From NCBI RefSeq assembly GCF_000953295.1, contig NZ_LN649255.1, positions 210,001 through 242,000 on the forward strand: DNA of 32,000 nucleotides, given 5' to 3'. Positions 27,325-32,000 of this stretch are shown in pieces; positions within the stretch are counted from its first letter, which is position 1; each line of letters starts with the position of its first letter. The stretch is from Candidatus Portiera aleyrodidarum (GTDB lineage Bacteria; Pseudomonadota; Gammaproteobacteria; Johnevansiales; Johnevansiaceae). A program made the translations under genes and the position numbers. The notes below the pieces were generated by a model that did no database searches, was not told the DNA's origin, and worked only from the letters and a program-made list of their open reading frames with translations.

Positions 27325-28429
27325 AAGACTTATCTTCTCTTATTAATTGTTCTGGGTAAGAACCTAATATTTTTATTTCTGCCCCTCGCATATCTACTTC
27401 TTTTAATATTTTTTCTAACAACTTAGATTTCCGATGTCCTTTAATTTCAATAAAAAATATATAATTCCAAACTCCATTAGTTTCTGGAGCTGGCCTATTT
27501 ATTAAACGTAAAATCTCAATCTTATAACGATAAAACGGTTCTATTAATAAATAAAAAGAACCTATTTTATTTTTAATTGATAACATTAATAATGTTTTAT
27601 CATCTCCTGTTGCAGCAACATCTTTATCTGATAAAATTAAAAATCTTGTAAAATTATTAATACGATCTTCTATATTTTTAGCAATTATTTTTAAAGAATA
27701 ATAACTAGCAGCAATATCTCCCGCAATTGCTGCACTCTTACTTTCAGTTTCAACTATTTTTGAAGCTTCTGCATTAGAAGATACTAAAATTCTTTTAGCA
27801 CTAGGATAATTATTATTTAACCAATTTCTACATTGAGCAAATGATTGTTGATGTGAATAAATTTTTTCTATATTTTTATTTATATTTTTTTTTCCAACCA
27901 TTAAATTCTGATGTATTGGTAATATTACTTCTCCACATATTTTTAATTTTGAATAAATAAAAGAATCTAAAGTATTATTTACTATACCTTCTGTAGAATT
28001 TTCTAAAGGTACAACTCCATAATTATATTTTTTATTTTCTATTGTATTAAATACATCTTTTACAGGGATACTTATTACAGATTTACCAAAATGTTTAATT
28101 ACTGCTTTTTGAGTAAATGTACCCTCAGGCCCCAGATAAGCAACTTTTATTGGGAATTCTAAAGCTAAACAAGTAGACATGATTTCTCTAAATAATCTTG
28201 ATATTTCTTCATTAGATAATGGCCCTTTATTATTTCTTATTATATTTCTTAATACCTGAGCTTCACGTTCTGGACTATAAAATTTTGTTTTTGGATCTTT
28301 AGATATTTTTATCTTTGCAACTTTTTTAGCACACCTAGCTCGTTGACTAATTAAATTTAATAATTGAATATCAATCTTATCTATATATTTTCTAATTTTT
28401 TTTAAATCTTTTTTTATTTTTAAAGACAT
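27314..28429 (-). CDS. pheA: Bifunctional chorismate mutase / prephenate dehydratase (P-protein)
   Basis: 371 aa. The N-terminal chorismate mutase region is LKKIRKYIDKIDIQLLNLISQRA...KVAKIK......Y.PEREAQVL. The prephenate dehydratase region is VAYLGPEGTFT..A, PLENSTEG.V and TRFLIL. An ACT-like C-terminus is present. It overlaps the aroA start by 11 nt. Confidence 0.92.
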   Translation of the reverse strand: MSLKIKKDLKKIRKYIDKIDIQLLNLISQRARCAKKVAKIKISKDPKTKFYSPEREAQVLRNIIRNNKGPLSNEEISRLFREIMSTCLALEFPIKVAYLGPEGTFTQKAVIKHFGKSVISIPVKDVFNTIENKKYNYGVVPLENSTEGIVNNTLDSFIYSKLKICGEVILPIHQNLMVGKKNINKNIEKIYSHQQSFAQCRNWLNNNYPSAKRILVSSNAEASKIVETESKSAAIAGDIAASYYSLKIIAKNIEDRINNFTRFLILSDKDVAATGDDKTLLMLSIKNKIGSFYLLIEPFYRYKIEILRLINRPAPETNGVWNYIFFIEIKGHRKSKLLEKILKEVDMRGAEIKILGSYPEQLIREDKSYEE

Positions 28430-28459
28430 TTTAGTAATCCTATCATATTTATTATTATA

Positions 28460-30979
28460 TTACTTTAAATCAATCTTTTCACCTAATCTTACAACCGATA
28501 CTAATTTTTCTTCTTTATTAACACGTATTAATTTAACCCCTTGGGTATCTCGGGAAATACAAGATATTTCTTTAACTCTAGTACGTACTAACTTCCCCCT
28601 ATTTGTTATTAAAATAATTTCATCACTTTCTTTAACTTTTATCGCTGATACTAATTTACCATTTCGTTTTGAAGATCGCATTGCGATTACTCCTAGTCCA
28701 CCACGCTTTCTTAAATTAAAATCTTCCAAAAGAGTACGTTTTCCATATCCTTTTTCTGAAGCTGTTAAAATATAATATTTTTGTAATTTTTTTTGATTTT
28801 TTATAATTATTAAACTAATAATTTTATTTTTAGGAAATAAACGCATACCCATTACACCTGTAGCATTCCTGCCCATTACACGGACTTCACTTTCTTTAAA
28901 ATAAATAGATTTTCCATTCGAAGCAAGTAACATTACATTATCTTTGCCATAAGTAATAGCTGCACCTATCAACCTATCTCCTTCTTCTAAATTAAGTGCA
29001 ATAATCCCACAATTACGTTGTCTGGCAAATTGTTTCATATACGTTCTTTTTACTTTACCCAAAGCGGTTGCAAAAAATATATAATTATTTTTATTACTAT
29101 TTTCATCATTTATTGCAAGGATTGCTGTAATTTTTTCATTTTCATCTAAATAAAGTAAATTAACTAAAGGTCTCCCTCTATAACTTCTACTCTTTTGTGG
29201 TATTTCATAAACTTTAAGCCAATATACTTTGCCTTTATCAGAAAATAATAAAATTGTATCATGATTTGATGCTACTAATAAATGTTCAATTACATCTTCA
29301 TCAGTTATTATTGTTGCTAATTTACCTCTCCCACCTCGTTTTTGTGCTTGATAAACTGAAATCGGTTGTATTTTAGCATATCCTGATCTAGAAACTGTAA
29401 CTACCATTTTTTCTTCATTAATAAGATCAACTGTATTTATCTCATTACGAATAGCATTAATTTTAGTTTTTCTATTATCTCCATATTTAGAACTTATTTC
29501 AAATAACTCATTACGAATTATTTCCATTAAATAATCAAAGGAAGATAATATTTTTTTTAAATTAGTTATTTTATTCAAAGTATTTTTATATTCATAAATA
29601 TAATTTTTACTTTCTAAACTTGTTAAACGATGTAATTTTAAATCCAGAATTGCTTTAATTTGATATTCAGTAAATATATATTCATCAATAATAATTTCTT
29701 TATATAATTTATTTTTTTTCCATTTTATATTAATTAATTTATTTTTAGCTTGTTCTAAAGAAGAAGCTGATTTTATTAATTCTATAACAACATCAATATT
29801 AGATATTGCAATTATTAAACCTTCTAGAATATGTTTACGTTTTTTTAATTTTTTTAATTCATATAAAGTACGTCGTGTTATTACTGAAATACGTTGATTA
29901 ATAAAAGCTTCGATAATTTGTTTAATATTAAATTTTTTAGGTTTACCTTTATCTACAGCTACCATATTAATACTGTAAACTACTTCAAGTTGAGTATGTG
30001 CAAAAAGATTATTTAATATTACCTCACCTGATTCATAACGTTTTGTTTCAATAACTATCCTTAAACCATCTTTATCTGATTCATCTCTAAGCTCATTTAT
30101 ACCAAATAACCGTTTCTTTTTTACTAAATAAGCTATTTTTTCAATTAATCTAGCTTTATTAACTTGATATGGTAATTCTGTTATAATAATTTTTTCATTA
30201 CCTGTTATCTTATTTTTTTCTATTATATATTTTGCACGTATATAAATCCTACCTTTTCCTGTTTTGTAAGCATCTAAAATTCCTGATTTTCCATGTATAA
30301 TGCCTGATGTTGGAAAATCAGGCCCCTTTATATATTTCATTAAATCTTCTATTGAAATTTTGTTATTATCAATAAAAGCTAAACATGCATTAATAACTTC
30401 TTTTATATTGTGAGGAGGTATATTAGTTGCCATTCCTACAGCTATACCACTAGTTCCATTTATTAACAAATTAGGTATACGACTAGGTAAGAATTCTGGG
30501 ATTTTTTCAGACCCATCATAATTATCTACCCAATCTACTGTAGATTTTTCAATATCATATAAAAATTCATTAGTTATCCGAGACATTCTTACTTCTGTAT
30601 ATCTCATAGCTGCCGCGTTATCACCATCTATTGATCCAAAATTTCCTTGCCCATCAATTAATACATATCTCATAGAAAACACTTGTGCCATTCTTACAAT
30701 TGCATCATAAACAGCACAATCACCATGTGGGTGATATTTACCAATTACATCACCCACGACCCGTGCTGATTTTAAATACTTTTTATTCCATATATTATTT
30801 AATTCGTGCATAGCAAAGATCACGCGACGATGCACTGGTTTCAAGCCGTCCCGTATATCTGGAATAGCTCTGCCAATAATTACGCTCATTGCATAATCTA
30901 AATAAGATTGTTTTATTTCATCTTCAATTGTTTCATATTCATATGTAATTGGTAAACTTTCTTTATTTTTTTCAAACAT
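28460..30979 (-). CDS. gyrA: DNA gyrase subunit A
   Basis: [59 protein letters not shown] (active-site Tyr) and C-terminal beta-pinwheel repeats. I place the start at the ATG at 30979, which is preceded by AGGA at 5-nt spacing. The longer ORF to 31012 begins with GTG and would overlap secA by 26 nt. Confidence 0.93.
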   Translation of the reverse strand: MFEKNKESLPITYEYETIEDEIKQSYLDYAMSVIIGRAIPDIRDGLKPVHRRVIFAMHELNNIWNKKYLKSARVVGDVIGKYHPHGDCAVYDAIVRMAQVFSMRYVLIDGQGNFGSIDGDNAAAMRYTEVRMSRITNEFLYDIEKSTVDWVDNYDGSEKIPEFLPSRIPNLLINGTSGIAVGMATNIPPHNIKEVINACLAFIDNNKISIEDLMKYIKGPDFPTSGIIHGKSGILDAYKTGKGRIYIRAKYIIEKNKITGNEKIIITELPYQVNKARLIEKIAYLVKKKRLFGINELRDESDKDGLRIVIETKRYESGEVILNNLFAHTQLEVVYSINMVAVDKGKPKKFNIKQIIEAFINQRISVITRRTLYELKKLKKRKHILEGLIIAISNIDVVIELIKSASSLEQAKNKLINIKWKKNKLYKEIIIDEYIFTEYQIKAILDLKLHRLTSLESKNYIYEYKNTLNKITNLKKILSSFDYLMEIIRNELFEISSKYGDNRKTKINAIRNEINTVDLINEEKMVVTVSRSGYAKIQPISVYQAQKRGGRGKLATIITDEDVIEHLLVASNHDTILLFSDKGKVYWLKVYEIPQKSRSYRGRPLVNLLYLDENEKITAILAINDENSNKNNYIFFATALGKVKRTYMKQFARQRNCGIIALNLEEGDRLIGAAITYGKDNVMLLASNGKSIYFKESEVRVMGRNATGVMGMRLFPKNKIISLIIIKNQKKLQKYYILTASEKGYGKRTLLEDFNLRKRGGLGVIAMRSSKRNGKLVSAIKVKESDEIILITNRGKLVRTRVKEISCISRDTQGVKLIRVNKEEKLVSVVRLGEKIDLK

Positions 30980-30986
30980 ATAATTC

Positions 30987-32000
30987 CTAAATTTTATACT
31001 TACTAAGTACACTTATTACATCAAATTTAATATTAATAATTAAATCTTTAAATAATTTAAATGCTTCTTTTTTATATTCTTCTATAGGATTTTTTTGTAC
31101 ATAGCCTCTTAAAGGTATACTACTCATTATATAATCCAACATATGTAAATGTTCTTTCCATCTTATATCAAAGACTTGTAATATAGTTTGTTTTTTTAAA
31201 ATTTTTATTTTTTCTTTATCAACTTTTTTCCAATAAGATTTATATATTTTATTATATTTATCTTTTATTTTATTAATTATAATTATATATCCATTTTTAT
31301 ATGAGAAAATATATTTATTTTTTTTTATCCATTTATATATATTTATATTTAATATTTTTTTTATATTTATTACTAAATTAGTTATATTATATTTTTTATT
31401 TTTTTTGTAGTTATACACTATCTTATAAATTACTTCATTTCTAATATATTCTATATATTCAGAAATCTTATAACTAAATAAAATTTCATCTCTTAGTTTA
31501 TATACAATTTTTCTTTGATAATTTGAAATTTTATCATATTCTAATATTTGTTTTCGTATATCAAAATTACGAAGTTCTATTTTTTTTTGAGCTTTTTCTA
31601 CTGCTTTATTAATTAATTTATGTTCAATAGCTTCACCATAAGATAAACCTAAAATTTTTATCATCTTTTTTATGTTATTAGAACCAAATAACCTCATTAA
31701 ATTATCTTCTAAAGAAATAAAAAACCTAGTTGATCCTGGATCACCTTGCCGTCCTGCCCTTCCCTTTAATTGGTTATCAATTCTTCTAGATTCATGTCTT
31801 TCTGTACCAATAACATGTAAACCTCCAGCGTTTTTTACAATTTTTTTATATATTTTATTTTTAAAATTTCCACCTAATAAAATATCTGTCCCTCTCCCTG
31901 CCATTTTAGTAGCGATCGTAATTGTACGTGAACGGCCAGCTTGAGCAATTATTTTAGCTTCATTCTCATGATTTTTTGCATTAAGTATTTTATGTGAAAT
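30987..32000 (-). CDS. secA: Preprotein translocase ATPase SecA, C-terminal part (5' end outside window)
   Basis: The frame is open from the window edge: 31905-32000 reads [32 protein letters not shown] ahead of MAGRGTDI. Motifs [13 protein letters not shown]-like and [33 protein letters not shown] are present, followed by a divergent C-terminal scaffold region. Confidence 0.93.
   Translation of the reverse strand: MSHKILNAKNHENEAKIIAQAGRSRTITIATKMAGRGTDILLGGNFKNKIYKKIVKNAGGLHVIGTERHESRRIDNQLKGRAGRQGDPGSTRFFISLEDNLMRLFGSNNIKKMIKILGLSYGEAIEHKLINKAVEKAQKKIELRNFDIRKQILEYDKISNYQRKIVYKLRDEILFSYKISEYIEYIRNEVIYKIVYNYKKNKKYNITNLVINIKKILNINIYKWIKKNKYIFSYKNGYIIIINKIKDKYNKIYKSYWKKVDKEKIKILKKQTILQVFDIRWKEHLHMLDYIMSSIPLRGYVQKNPIEEYKKEAFKLFKDLIINIKFDVISVLSKYKI

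Overview
This window is a very AT-rich, very compact slice of a reduced gammaproteobacterial genome, of the kind seen in insect nutritional endosymbionts. The Upp, Prs, GroEL and DctA sequences, the divergent apbC/metG pair, and the gyrA-pheA-aroA-rpsA order point to a Pseudomonas/Halomonas-like ancestry. The closest described genome types are Portiera, Carsonella and Evansia, but I cannot identify the organism without a database search.

I support 31 CDSs (2 run off the window edges), 7 tRNAs, one RNase P RNA, one sigma32-like heat-shock promoter candidate, one hairpin terminator and one 21-bp tandem duplication. I found no mobile elements, CRISPR arrays, rRNA or obvious pseudogenes. The standard code applies: TGA is used as a stop and TGG encodes Trp.

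Gene content is translation and housekeeping (rpsI, rplM, rplY, rpsA, gatCAB, prfA, metG, rsmH, rnpB, gyrA, secA, groESL) plus host-provisioning metabolism (aroQ, aroA, pheA, trpEGDC, hisG, argG, prs, upp).

The standout is an intact crtI-crtB-crtY carotenoid cluster (expected product beta-carotene) joined by overlapping stop/start codons to gatCAB. Carotenoid genes are already described in whitefly Portiera, so the pathway is probably not new; the context and architecture are what deserve checking.

Other points worth a second look:
- a tRNA-Val that reads as anticodon AAC (A34)
- the apbC stop codon lying inside that tRNA's anticodon loop
- the metG 3' end reading antisense through a whole tRNA-Leu gene
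- rnpB abutting the rsmH start codon with no spacer
- a 5.6-kb minus-strand array in which tRNAs punctuate mRNAs

All coordinates and counts were derived by hand from the sequence.
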